DNA of 64,000 bases from Podarcis tiliguerta (taxonomy: Eukaryota): the NCBI GenBank assembly GCA_965153285.1, contig OZ229115.1; one strand, given 5' to 3'. The notes below the pieces were generated by a model that was not told where the DNA came from, made no database searches, and worked only from the letters and a program-made list of their open reading frames with translations. Shown here in pieces: positions 37,592-50,554 of this stretch. The position numbers and the translations under genes were made by a program. Numbering within the stretch: the stretch's first letter is position 1; every line of letters begins with the position of its first letter.

Positions 37592-37933
37592 GGTAAAGGT
37601 AAAGGGACCCCTGACCATTAGGTCCAGTCGTGACCAACTCTGAGGTTGCAGCGCTCATCTCGCTTTATTGGCCGAGGGAGCCAACGTACATGTGGCCAGC
37701 ATGACAAAGCTGCTTCTGCCGAACCAGAGCAGCGCATGGAAACGCCGTTTACCTTCCCACTGGAGCGGTACCTATTTATCTACTTGCACTTTGACGTGCT
37801 TTTGAACTGCTAGGTTGGCAGGAGCAGGGCCTGAGCAATGGGAGCTCACCCCGTCGCGGGGATTCGAACCGCGGACCTTGTGATCGGCAAGTCCTAGGCT
37901 CTGTGGTTTAACCCACAGCGCCACCCGCGTCCC
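37592..37933 (-). mobile_element. Near full-length Sauria SINE
   Basis: GGGACGCGGGTGGCGC head on the minus strand; GGTAAA tail; TSD TGAGCAATA (37583-37591, 37934-37942). Confidence 0.92.
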
Positions 37934-38685
37934 TGAGCAATACTAACCCCCAATAGGACCAGCAGATTGATCACCACACCCAAAGGCCTGCTAGGGCATA
38001 GCACATGTATTGCCGGTGTGTGTGCTCTCTATATTTTGCTGTGCCAATTCCATGCTGGCAGAGCTGAGGCACCCAAATTAGACCCATCTCAGGGGAATGG
38101 AGTAGCTTAGGATACAGAATATTCCTTGTCAGCTGTAATTTGCCCTTGCCCCATAAAGCCTTGCTATGGAGTTGTAGGTTGGCTAACACGGGTGAAAACT
38201 CTGCAGCAGAAGTGCTCCATATGCTTTCCATAGCTGCAAGAACAGAGCCTCTCTAACAGCAGGCAAGTATGCCTGCCACAGCCTTCCAGCAACAAAGATC
38301 AAAGGGTTGGAATTGCATTTGGATAGTCTATGTTCACAGTAGCTAAAGATATATAGCACATCCCTTAAGACTAGACTACATGCACCTAAACTGTATGATT
38401 TGTTTCATACAGCTCTTGATGAAGCTGTTAACAGGATGGATCTATATTTGAGAAGTACAAAGTCACTGATGTTATAGAGATGTACATTCTAGAAATGCGA
38501 AGTTGATTTTATTAAACTGTCTTACATTTGTAATCCAGAGGGAGGAGGACATGGGATAATTTAATACATTGTGCCATTTCTGTTTTTACTGATGTTTCTC
38601 AGGAAAATCAATAAAGTTATAAATTCTTTAAAAATTGCTCATATCATGTACTAGGATGAAGAATATAATCATCTATAATCTTCTA

Positions 38686-38924
38686 CAGTCAAACCTCAGT
38701 TGAACATAATGTGTTCCAGAAGCCCGTTCGGCTTCCAAAACAGTTGACAACCAGGGCACAGCTTCCAATTGGCTGCAAGAGCTTCCTGCACTCAAGCGGA
38801 AGCTGTGTTGGACATTCAGCTTCCAAAAAAATGTTTGAAAACCGGAACATTTACTTCTGGGTTTTTGGCATTCAGGAGCCAATACGTTCTAAAACGGAGC
38901 TGTTCGGGAACTGAGGTTTGACTG
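38686..38924. mobile_element. Tc1/mariner MITE, 239 bp
   Basis: Perfect 16-bp TIR CAGTCAAACCTCAGTT; TA TSD. Confidence 0.88.
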
Positions 38925-40499
38925 TAGTAAGTTGTCTGCAAGATAACATATGAAGGGAGCTTGTAAACAAGACTTAATTTGAGAAGCCCTCCCAGCCTTT
39001 GATTGTACTTTTCCTCATAATTTTTATAATGAATTTTGTATTATTTCTATTTAAAGAGAGAATTCCAGGTGAATACAATAGTTTAGGCAAGAAAAAGGAG
39101 AAAGGAAAAGGTAGAAGAACTGTGAAAGCCATATACAGATGTGACTCTGGGACTTAGTCCACGGAAGCAGAAATAAGGGGTTTAACATATTCATTATATT
39201 GATTAGACTTATTACAGCTCTCTGGTTCAGAAGAATCTCATTTAGGCACTCTGGCTAATTTTCTAAACCCTTGCAATCACAGTCCTCAATAGGATGATCA
39301 GCTTTAATAACAGAGTGGGGATTACTGCAAGTACAAATCTACAAAAGGGACCGGCAATGTAGCGTATCGCTGTATTCCAGCCATCTTTGAAAGAGACAAA
39401 ATTAGGCAATTTCCACAGGAAGCCACGTGACAGGGGTTCAAGATGACCAGACAAAATTGTAGCTACTTCAGAACTACATGGAAGGAATATATTTCACATT
39501 AAATCATACTGAGATAGACTAATTAGAATCAATGGACTTTAAAGTCCATTCATTTTAATGGGGCTACTCTGATCATAACTAGCATTGGAGTTCAGCCCTT
39601 GACTTTTGGGGGGCGGGGGTTCGCACATCCCCTATGGTGCATGGCGGCAGGGGAATGCATGAGAACATTAATTACAATTGCATAATTTACCATTCTTGAG
39701 AAAATGGGCACACAATCCTGAGGAGCGGAACATCCACAGATATAGGAAGCACAAGGACACCATTAATAGGAAACAAGGGTATGCTGAAAACAGCAGCAAC
39801 CATAATGCATATCAGACTATAATCTTCAGCTATACCCCAGGGAAATTTTCAAATGAGATTTCTACCATATTATGGAGCAGAGAAACTGCCAAGACAGCTG
39901 CCTCAGCCAGCATTTGGACTAAGCCTTTCCAAAACCAATACTAAGATAGTTACTGTGGGATGTTGTGTATTTTCAGTAGCGGTTGTCTGTTTTCTTCCTT
40001 TTATACAAATACTTGGCAGCAGAGTTCCATATAGAATGCTGAAAGGTTGAATGCTGAAAAACGTATGATGTACTTATGCAGAATGAAGAGCAAAGGCCCT
40101 TCTATTATTAACCAAGGCAATGCTTCTGGCTCTGGCACAGAGTTGTTGTTTGTAGCAAATTAATGAACACCATGTGGCAAATGGATTCAACATCAGATGG
40201 GCTGACACAGCAGTAAGCTTTCAAAAACAGGCACTGCTTAGCACTATTCAAATTCTGTTCATTTGGGGGGAGGGGAGAATGTATTAGTATTTCTAGCATA
40301 TACTATTCTGAATATTCAACTTAAGAACCAAAGTGGCACATACTTGGATATCTACACTTCTGCCTCGAAGGAAGACCAAAGTACCAGAGAATACCGATGT
40401 ACAAATTGGGGTGGGGGAAATCCCAACAAGGTTCTCCAAGTTTCTGTTACATACATGCATAGTGAAGACATCAGACAGGTACGAAAATCAATCAAGGTA

Positions 40500-40505
40500 T
40501 TTAAT
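40500..40505 (-). terminator. CHMP4B: Candidate distal polyadenylation signal ATTAAA of CHMP4B
   Basis: Minus strand CACTGTATTAAA (TGTA adjacent) followed by U/GU-rich sequence; would give a 3'UTR of about 0.74 kb. Confidence 0.45.
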
Positions 40506-41000
40506 ACAGTGCAAACCATAGATCCTTATTTAAAATAAACGTATGTTTGTGTCTGAATGGGAATTGGATATCACAGATAGCAATCAACATTCCAGGTGCT
40601 ATGTAGAAAAATGTACAGCTAGTGTCAATTTCACCTACTTCCATCATAGAATTACTTCAACATTCCAAATCCACCTCACCAAATCCAACTGGGAACAGCG
40701 ACCAAGTGAGTGTAATGCGGAGAGAGGAGTGTCAATGCCACCAATGGATATAAATAGAGACTTTAAAGAACTAAAAGCCTAAGTGATGCATTTGTACATC
40801 TAAGCATAATAAGCCAATAACGGCTTAGGACTTTTCCTTTTGAAATACTTTACAAGACTTCTAAAAGCGTTTCCATCAAATTAAGTTACAGGCTTCGTAT
40901 CCCGAGTCAGATTCAGCATGGTCAGAACTCTGAAAGATGGTGATCCAGCAGTGGCATTAGCATAGTCCAGAAGCTGAATGTTGGAATTTTGCCAATAAGG

Positions 41001-41006
41001 TTTATT
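41001..41006 (-). terminator. CHMP4B: Candidate proximal polyadenylation signal AATAAA of CHMP4B
   Basis: tttatt on the + strand about 215 nt after the stop codon. Confidence 0.35.
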
Positions 41007-41220
41007 ATTGAAAGTAAGTCAACACCCTAAACTGCAGGCAACTTTCTTTGGAAACTTTGTTTCCCTTGCTCAGACCATGCTATGCAGAATGCAATTCCCA
41101 CAACTATGGGATTAACGAAATAAAGGCGTTGCGCTTAATGATGTCTCCCACCCATACATGCACCTGTAGCAACAGGTGAGCAGAGTCTCAATTGTTTCTC
41201 CAGCTGGGCAGCTGGTGTAG

Positions 41221-41288
41221 TTATATGTTTTCAGCCCAGGCTTCTAGCTCTTTCATGTCATCATCCTCTTCTTCTTCTTTCTTCTTAG
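41221..41288 (-). CDS. CHMP4B: CHMP4B exon 5 (coding part), 68 bp including TAA
   Basis: AKKKEEEEDDDMKELEAWAENI*; ALIX-binding M/L/IxxLxxW helix; spliced CDS 678 nt = 225 aa. Confidence 0.96.
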
Positions 41289-42441
41289 CTAGAAAAAGAC
41301 ACAACACCACAAGATTAAGCACTGCGTTGTGATTGTATGCAGTTGCTCAATGTATTTATTTTATTTTAGGTATCTATACACCCACTCTTCATCTGGCCAA
41401 TACAAGAACAGTTCCTGGCATGTAAACATAATACAAAAAATAAAATAAAATAAAAACTAACATCATCAAATATTTAAAATCACAACAAAATTATGTCACG
41501 CAAATACACACCCCATCCCAAGTAATTATTTTAGCAACCAACAAATACCTGAGTGAACAAGTACTAAGCATGTTCTGAAAATTCAAGAGTTGCTTGCCTT
41601 ATTTCAGAAAAGAGGAAGCTCTACAAGGCAGTTGCCACTAAAGACCCTCTCCCAGATTGCTGCATAATGTACATCTGTGACAGTGGCACAACCAGTACAA
41701 GGATCTCAAGAAATGGAGAGGCCTAGTTGGGAGCCTAAAAGGGATGCTTTCAGGTATCCAAGCCCGAGTTCTCTAAGGATTATGTCAATAGAATCTCCTT
41801 AAATATGGCTTAGTAGCCAAATGGCAGACAGTGTTTTGAAGTGGTGCTTGCTTCCCTGGGGTGGTACGCCAGGTTATATGGAAAAATGGAGGGCATGTTT
41901 AAAAAGCTCCTTGCTGTGTTGTCCACACATGGGCAACATCTGCATGCTGCCATCAGAACAGTGCAATACTACAACACTATGGGCAAGGGAATGTAACCAG
42001 AACCACATCCATTTGTTCTCATACCCAAGACAGTGATTCTCAAACTAAAGGTATGGGGGAAGAATTTTGTCACCCAAGTTCCTTTTCTTCGAGAGAGAAT
42101 TGTTCTCATCCCTGGGGGAATAAAAGCAAATGAAATATTCCAACCTGGAAACCATTGATTAGTTGGAATAGACGATCAGAGAACTGCTTATGGGGTCTAA
42201 GGTGTCAGAGATAGATCCTGAGGAAGCCCTCCCCCCCAGCTTTGAGAACCATGACTTTAGATCTGTAGATAAAGACAACTAGGGAACTTAACTGGCTTTC
42301 CTTTTGTGAAACAGATTAGTGTGTGTAAATTTTGCACAGTAGTTGAGAAATAAAATCACAAGAATGGCATATTACAATGCTTTTTTGACAAATGCACTTG
42401 TTATAAGATGCTCCTGTCTTTAGCATTTGCAAGGCACTCAC

Positions 42442-42568
42442 CTGGTTTTGAAGGTATAGATATTGAGGGCACATTGGGAAGTGGAACTGTTTCAGGACCA
42501 CTGATCTCCAGCAAGTTTTTATCCAATTCTTCCTGTTCAAGTTCCTCTAGTTCAGCCATCAGTTCATC
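42442..42568 (-). CDS. CHMP4B: CHMP4B exon 4, 127 bp
   Basis: DELMAELEELEQEELDKNLLEISGPETVPLPNVPSISIPSKP; AG/GTGAG. Confidence 0.97.
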
Positions 42569-42910
42569 CTATTATTGAAGGAGAGAGACAAACTGCGGTT
42601 ACAGGTGCTAGCACCAGAAATCACTGTTGCCAATTTTGTAACATCATATAATTGTAAGAAACCTTCATGTCCAACTCAACACAACTGGGCATTCTAGGTG
42701 TCTCAAAACGTTTACATATCCAAATTATTCTGTTGTTCCTAAGAGCAAGCCAGAGTACTAAACTCACATTTCTGTTGTTATTTAAGATGGAAAATCCATG
42801 AGTTTGTTCTCATTACATAATATTTTGAGTCACAAGTAGTAAGTGTGTTTTGAAATCCTTAAGTTTGTACGTGTACAAACATCACTTGTCTTCAACTGTT
42901 TGGTTCTTAC

Positions 42911-43025
42911 CTCATCAAATTCTTCACCGATTCCCACAGGCTTGGAGATAGCTGTTGAAATTTCTTCTGCTAACTCCTGCTGTTCTGCAATGTCTTGCAT
43001 TAGTTCATCTACTTTGTCAATATCC
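42911..43025 (-). CDS. CHMP4B: CHMP4B exon 3, 115 bp
   Basis: DIDKVDELMQDIAEQQELAEEISTAISKPVGIGEEFDE; AG/GTAAG. Confidence 0.97.
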
Positions 43026-43411
43026 CTGTAGGAAAAGGATTTAAGTTATTTGAACCATACACCTGTTTAGTCTTGGAGATCATTACAAGTCTCAATAGCT
43101 TTAAGGAAATATTCAGCTAACCACCAGGGCAAACTGATTCAAATCATCAAGAAAACAAAAATGCTGATTTAAAACAACTTCTTCCTTTGAAATCATTATT
43201 TCTTGAGCAAGAATTCAGACTAATTTAAATAAAAATTGTAACAGTAATAACTGGTTGCTCTAATAATTATAACTTGTTTGCATCTATTCAGTTGCATAAT
43301 CTGGAGGTAAAATCCAAAGACTTTGACCATGAAAGCCACATGCTTTTCAAACTATATGCTGCTTACAGATAAAGCATGTCTACATGTAAAGATCCTTAGC
43401 ATGATCAGTTA

Positions 43412-43601
43412 CAGTGGTACCTCGGGTAAAGCACTTAATTCATTCCGGAGGTCCGTACTTAATCTGAAACTGTTCTTAACCTGAAGCACCACTTTAGCTA
43501 ATGGGGCCTCCTGCTGCTGCTGCGCCACCGGAGCACGATTTCTGTTCTCATCCTGAAGCAAAGTTCTTAGCCTGAAGCGTATGTAACCCAAGGTACCACT
43601 G
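43412..43601. mobile_element. Tigger/pogo-like MITE, same family as 21759-21973, in CHMP4B intron 2
   Basis: CAGTGGTACCT TIRs; TA TSD; internal deletion between cctgaagc repeats. Confidence 0.9.
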
Positions 43602-43818
43602 TACTTGAAAGCTTATACCACGTCTGTGCATACTTTTACAGAAACAAGTCCCACTGCACAATGTAGAATTTGAGTTACTGTGTGCAGACTGGTTTATAAT
43701 AACTGTCCAGAACTATCCCAAAAAGAGGGACTATGGGCAAAGAATGAATTTGTCCCTTTGTACTGCACTCAATGAAAAGCTGGACCATTCAATGAAGCAA
43801 TGATGAAGAGCATCTTAC

Positions 43819-43996
43819 ATGTTGTCGTGAGCAGCTTTCATTGCTTTGGCAGCAAATCCCATATTCTTGAGCACTTCTGTGTTGGTGTTGGCATTTTCCA
43901 GGGCTTCCCTCTGGAATTCGATTGTTGATAATGTGCCATCGATTTGTGCAAGCTGCTTCTCATACCTCTTCTTTCGTTTTAGGGCTTGAAGTGCAG
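43819..43996 (-). CDS. CHMP4B: CHMP4B exon 2, 178 bp
   Basis: AALQALKRKKRYEKQLAQIDGTLSTIEFQREALENANTNTEVLKNMGFAAKAMKAAHDN(M); AG/GTAAG. Confidence 0.97.
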
Positions 43997-44734
43997 CTGG
44001 ACAAAAACAAGACAAATGATGATTGATATACAATGTGCATCTAAAACTGTTTCTACAAGCATGATGTTCAGAACATAAAACCACTTAAAATTTATGCTAC
44101 CAATTATGCCTCTCGCATCTTTGTTACCAATAGGTGTCTTTCTCTAAGCAAATCAATTTTGTTGCTGAGTTGTTTGTCTACTCAGTATCAAACTGCAGGA
44201 TCTACGGCCAACAGCCAAGTACTAGAAGCTTAGATGCTCAGCACACAAGGCATGACAGGCTTGTTGACAAATAAACCTTCATTCAATCTTTCTAATATGG
44301 TAGACTAGCAGGTAATGAGAGAGAAGGCTCAAAGAATTATTCAAACTACACAAGAACGTCAAGTAAAATGAGCACAGGAAATGCATAAAATCTGGATGTT
44401 TTGTCTTAGTCACTATGTAAGAAATGGAAGCACTTTATATGACCACCATCTAAGATACTTTGGGGGCAGGAAAGAGAAGAGAACACTCTGAGTAAGCAAG
44501 GACATATGGTACAGGGCAGGCATAAGTAGCTGCAGGAGAACCACCCCTAGGGCACCTTCTCCTCAGGGAAAAAGTGAGGCAATGAGGATCTCCCATTTCT
44601 TGGTGTCAATTAAAACTCAGCTTGGCGGGGGCACTTCAATTTTTTTTCTCAGCATTGGAAATTTCACACACACCCCCCTACAATCCTGCACTTCTTCAGA
44701 GGATGCTATGAAAGGAGATAAGCATGTTCAAGTA

Positions 44735-45058
44735 CAGTGGTGCCTCGCAAGACGAAAAGAATCCGTTCCGTGAGTCTCTTCGTCTAGCGGTTTTTTCGTC
44801 TTGCGAAGCAACCCTATTAGCGGATTAGCGGCTATTAAAGGCTTAAGGGATTAGCGGATTAGCTGCTAAAAGGCTATTAGCAGCTTAGTGCCTTAGAAAA
44901 AGGGGGAGGGGAGCAAAAAAAAATCGCAAGAATCGCAAGACATTTTCGTCTTGCGAAGCAAGCCCATAGAGAAATTCGTCCTGCGAAGCGCATTGGAAAA
45001 CCCTTTCGTCTAGCGGGTTTTCCGTCTTGCAAGGCATTCGTCTTGCGGGGCACTACTG
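44735..45058. mobile_element. Tigger/pogo-like MITE, 324 bp
   Basis: TIR CAGT(G/A)GTGCC(T/C)CGCAAGACGAA; TA on both sides; repeated ttcgtcttgcg subterminal motifs. Confidence 0.9.
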
Positions 45059-45060
45059 TA

Positions 45061-46165
45061 CTGTATTTTCTGGCGTATAAGACTACTTTTAAACCCAGGA
45101 AAATCTTCTCAAAAGTCGGGGCTCGTCTTCTACGCCAGCTACAGCAGCAGCTCCTGCAGCAACTCCCCACCAAAGAACAAAACGACAGCAAATTAAATCG
45201 GAGGACACCAAGCTCTCTAGATGAAGCAGAAATACACTTGGAAATTGGCCCCAGAAGCCTCCCCAATCACCAACAATAGAATGACCCTAACCATTCCCGG
45301 TAGTAGACCATGTGGTCCAAAATGGCGGCCTCGCATTGCCCCAGCAACTAGACACATGGCCGCTGCCTCAGCCCAAGCAGCCTCCGCAGTAAAAGAAAAG
45401 GAAAGGCTCACCACAAAGGCAGGGAATCAACAACAGCATTAAGCACAGCAGAGCGTGGCACAGCCGAAGGGGCAAGCAAAGGTAGAAAATGGCTGGGAGA
45501 GGGGAAGGAAGCCGATTATCAAGCCACGAGGGCAACGACGAAGGGAGCAGTTCGGGCAGGGGAAGCTGAGAGGGGGAGGTGGCCGGGAACAGAGAAACCT
45601 AGAAGCTTTCTCGCCACAAGGGCGGCAAAGTTGCAAAGCGAGAGCGGCAATTGAGGCAGCATTCCCCTCAAATGCCCTGCTCCCCACGCACAGTGATGGA
45701 CTCACCCACTGCCAATTGATCGGGGCGTCCGATAAAGGCTTTTTTCCAGCCACCCTGGGTTGCAATGGCACCTGTCAGCTGTTCCACGTCCCAAGCAAAT
45801 TCCACGAGAGCGGCTCAACGAAAGCAGTAAAAAATCCCCCCAAAATGCTTCAGCAGGTCCGACAAAAGGAATAACTGAGCGAAGTTCAGCGACGTCCTAG
45901 CGATTGAGGAAGTGAGCCAAAGAGGAAGCCCTCCAGCTCGCTCCTCTGTTTAAACGGACCCGGCCATGCCCCCCCCTCCCCGGGCCACTGGGAAGTGGAG
46001 CGGATTTCCGAGCCGGACTGAAGACTGGTTTTTCTAATTTTTATTTGGTGTGCGTTAAAAGAGGGGTAGTCTTAAACGGTGAGTATATCCCAAACTCTAA
46101 ATTTTAACTGGAAAAGTCGGGGGTCGTCTTATACGCCCAGTCGTCTTATACGCCAGAAAATATAG
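45061..46165. mobile_element. Non-autonomous mariner/pogo-type element, 1105 bp, with GC-rich interior
   Basis: 23-bp TIR CT(G/A)TATTTTCTGGCGTATAAGAC; TA at 45059-60 and 46166-67; aaaagtcgggg..cgtctt.tacgcc repeats near both ends. Confidence 0.88.
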
Positions 46166-47923
46166 TACTCAAGCAAGGCGTATGACTGTTTTGTCTTTCT
46201 TTCTCTGTTTTTGTTTTTATTTAGATTAGTTTCTTTTATTGTATTGTATTATGAAAAACCTTTAATAAAATCTTATATATATATAAAGGAGGCAATCTTC
46301 TGCATAGGTGTAGATTTTCTAGTTCACTCTAGCATGTTATCATAGCGGAGAACTGGAAAATGCAAGCAGGAATACTGAACAAGATACAAGAAACTAGGCT
46401 GCCTGGTACACATGGAAGCGGATCAGTTTGGGTCAGTTAGAACTGATGTAGTAATTGGTACTCAAGCAGAATTATAGCCAGTTGCAAAACTGAAATGGCT
46501 ATACCAGGCTATTCACATTAAATAGTATGCAATCAGGTGTCCGTTTTTAATTTTGAGAGCTAAACATCTATAGCAAAGGAAATTTCATTATACCATTAAA
46601 ATTAAGATGCAACAGTTACCATTGTCCACTGCCCACTGAAAGTTCCTAATTAAATGAATTTATCGTTTAAAACCTTAAACAGGAATTATACTGAGCAGGA
46701 ATACAGCTCCGGCCATCTGCAGTTTGTGAAACCTTTTCAAGAAGTAAACAAAACCTACATTTAGAAGTTTCCCTCATCTGGCTGCCCTCTATGAATGCTG
46801 GAATTTGAGCTGCTTTCCACTGTAAAACATTCAAACTGTAGGTCAAGTGTTATGGTAGAGCCACTGCACTGTTTCTGCCAGGATGAGTTCCATTATCTTC
46901 TAAAAGCCATCTTTTCAAAGAATCATATGATGCTATTCTACAAATAGCAGCCCAGTTTGTTGCCTAACCCTATGCAACTTTACCTATTTTCAGCAACAAC
47001 ACAAGTTAAATTAACATATGACGCAGGCCAACACTGAAATAGATCTGTTCATATACCACCTGGGCAGAGTGTTGTTTCTGGGCATTTAAGTGTCAGGTGG
47101 CAGTAAGTCATTTTGACCATCTGAATCAGGTAATTGTGAGAATATAGTGTTCTGTTACAATGAAGTTTTCAGGCACTGAATTTTTTTACAAGTCATTTCC
47201 AGCAAAATTGTTCTTGTTATAAATTCCCACTGAGCTAAAAATTAATTGTATTTATTACCAGAGCATTATCTATCCAGAGGTAAAAAGATAACTTCTTAAG
47301 AGATGATAATAAAATTTAGCATCTTCTTTACAATATTATGAATCTGAACATTTCACTAAGCAGGGAAAACAGAAGCCTCAACATCCCAGTCATATGAAGT
47401 TATGCTCCATTATTTACACTGTATGTTTCACCAGAGATGACCCTAATCTATTATGCCTCTTAAAAGAGACTTGCAAATTAAGGAATAGCAATTCTCCTTT
47501 ATAGCAAAAAATTCCTTTTAGCACTCAATAAACTTGAATCACTAACTCGCATCATCAGAAGCACTAAACTTCACTCATTAAGAACTGCATGCAGATTCTT
47601 GTGGAACTCTTAAGATTAAACTCAACGTAAACAGCAATCTGCAGTGGAAATTGGGATATTGACAACTTTAGTGCAATTCCATTCATTTTGATGGGACGTA
47701 GACAGGTTTCAAATGTGCTACGTTGCTGCTCAACAGATTCTTTCTTGCAATTGTCATTTCTGTGCAAAGGACTGAAATGCAGTTTTAAATGCACTTGTAC
47801 CAAGATTTATAATCAACTGGTACCATAAAGGAAGATCAGCTTACAGTCACATTTCAGCCTATGTTTTTTGTATCATCCTCTCTAAAAATGCATCTTTATA
47901 GTATTTGAAGAATCTTCGGTATA

Positions 47924-48440
47924 GAGTTGTTGCTGACATCCATCCGTCTCAAGAAACAATGGACTGCACCTCTGGGGTGAAGTCAAACCGAGCACCAAAG
48001 TAACCTCCCCAGGGAACAAGCCTGGGCCGTATGTATGGAGGTCCTGGGCTGCCCAGATGACAAGATCCTCCTCTCTGCCTTGCTGATGTGGTCCAAAGAA
48101 AAGCAGAGCAATACATTTGGCATCAGCTTGGCTGTAGTTGACCAGAAGAAGGCGTACAAGGTGCCATCCCACCACCTTAGGGACTCCACTCTGGATTTGT
48201 GTAGGGTTTGCTCCTTAGCCTTTTCTTCTCCGAAGTTGTCCCACAAGGCAGTGGAGATTTAGGACCAGAGTTTTCCTTCTCTTAGATGGACTACCTTCCC
48301 AGGTTGATGAGCCCCATCTGCCCCTCACTTTCCTCTACAGCACGTGCAGTAACTGCCATCTTGACTGTGGGACACACTATTAGCTCAATCTGCTGCAGCT
48401 TTCTTCACATGAAGGGAAAGTCCTTACTCATCGAGAGTCT
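47924..48440 (-). mobile_element. RTE-type retroposon derivative, degenerate
   Basis: Recognised by general resemblance only (ggggtgaagtcaaaccg; agagttttccttctcttagatgg); boundaries approximate. Confidence 0.4.
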
Positions 48441-49033
48441 GAGAGTTGTATACATCAGGGAATAGGTTTTTCAAATTTTAACCTCCTTGACCTCACTGCA
48501 AATGTATTTTTTACTATTAGCAGATACAGTATAGTGGAGCTCTATTGCTCAACTTTCATAATGGTAGGCACTTGCAACACGCAATGTAGCATTGTACATA
48601 CACACACCATGATTTCTGCTGAAACTGGCAAGTTTGGGGGGACAACCATAGCAATTTTTCTCTAATTCTATGCACGCTAATCAGCATGAAGGGATGCAGT
48701 AACACTTTAATTTTAAGAAGAATGACAAGATATTGCTGAAATGTACATCTGTACCTGACATTTTCCTCCTGGAGCTTAGGGAATGATTTAGATCAGGGAA
48801 ATAGCATTAGATTTTTGTTTGTTTGTTTGCTTGCTTGCTTGCTTGCTCATTTTAAACACCTTTCCTAGTGTTCCTTCCCCATAGATGTTTTGAGGTTTAC
48901 AAGCATACAGGAGATTCTGATCTCAGACCTTCAACATGCCCAAGCTGGCCCTCAGTCTAGTCTCAAGGTAGTATGAACTACTGTCACAGGCAAGCAAGAA
49001 GCAAGTATCTTCTCCCACACTGACTAGTGTGGT

Positions 49034-49299
49034 TGTTGTTGTTTAGTCGTTCAGTCGTGTCCGACTCTTCGTGACCCCATGGACCAGAGCACGCCAGGCA
49101 CTTCTGTCTTCCACTGCCACCCGCAGTTTGGTCAGATTCATGTCTGTAGCTTCGAGAACACTGTCTAACCATCTCGTCCTCTGTCGTCCTCTTCTCCTTG
49201 TGCCCTCCATCTTTCCCAACATCAGGGTCTTTTCCAGTGAGTCTTCTCTTCTCATGAGGTGGCCAAAGTATTGGAGCCTCAGCTTCACGATCTGTCCTT
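49034..49299 (-). mobile_element. BovB (RTE clade) LINE 3' fragment
   Basis: KLRLQYFGHLMRREDSLEKTLMLGKMEGTRRRGRQRTRWLDSV...WRALVHGVTKSRTRL; (CAA)n tail; 10-bp TSD CTAGTGTGGT. Confidence 0.93.
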
Positions 49300-50554
49300 C
49301 TAGTGTGGTACTTTAATGAAATATTCCTATTCAGAAATTATTTTGTTGTGATCTTTACAACCATCCTGCAAAGCAGACCAGCATTATTCTACGGCTACCT
49401 AATGAACAGTAAGAGTCAAACAGGGGACATCTTGATTTGTAACTCAATCTCTTTACCACAACACCACATCAGCTGTCAATAAATTGCATTACAGCATAAA
49501 GTGCAGCATTCTTTTGTAACTATACAACCAATCTAATTTCCCATTGATAGAATGAAGCATTTGCCAAATCAGCAAACTAAGCTTTTCCAACTAGCCAGAT
49601 GATGAATTTAAGAAACCTATAGCGTTCTCCCTTTATTTTGGCATTTTTTACAAGTCATGATTATAAAAGCTGACAACAGAAATAAATGGTAAAGAATGTA
49701 CATAAATTGTATACACAGAAACATATTCTGCTGTGGAGATAAAAAGTTCCAGTATTACTGTAAGGAGACCCTGTTGCTTCTAAATACCACAAGCATGCAC
49801 AGCACACTAAATAGCAAAACCATGATAAGAATGAGACAGTGTCAATTAAAGGAAAATAGTCCTGAGCAACATAACATGAAACATATACTGCAGCTTCATA
49901 AATGAGATAAGATAAACAGCCTCTTGTTTAATATCTTTTCAATGTGCCTCAGGTTCAACTAATAAATAAGGAATACTGACCCTGACAAGAGATTAGTTTA
50001 GAACTTAGCCTCAGCAAGGAAGCCTCAATGAGGAAATACAATGTCAGTGCTAGTTTAAAGATTACAAATCACTCTGCACAAAGTGCAGGTTCCTACTTAG
50101 GTCTAGGCTTCAAATGGATGCAGCCAGGCCCATGCAGAGCTTGTCTGAGGCCTGCGGGAGAAGTCCTGTTCTTGACATGACAGCATAAGTCTGGCAGGCC
50201 CCAAGTACCCCTCTCCCCCAGCCAGCTTAGTCCTCTGAGGCCTGGGGCAAGTGTACCCAGCTGCCTCCCTGCCCTGCACAGGTCTGGATGCAGCCCCAAG
50301 GAAGCAACCCTAAACTGAGCAGCCTGCTGTATCTAGAGGCTAACCCTAAGGTACTCCCTCGCAGAATCCCACTCAAAATAACCCCAAATCTGAGTGCTAC
50401 AGCAGAATTTGAAGAGCAAAACTCAAAGAGGGATGGGAAAAGAGTAAGTCCAGGATAGATGTACAGCAAATTGCTGGCGTCAAGAATTAAGTCCAAACTA
50501 TAGAAACACGGCATCTGCTACCTTACACTTTTATGTGTATATAGGCCCCAAACC

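Noticed and set aside
1-40400. RALY or other gene exons downstream of CHMP4B
   Set aside because: No recognisable RRM-coding exon or non-TE CpG island found; RALY is expected only from mammalian synteny, beyond the window
41188-41223. Stop-codon readthrough (TAA CTA) at the CHMP4B end
   Set aside because: The established motif is UGA-CUAG; here it is UAA-CUAC, and the extension would be only about 10 codons
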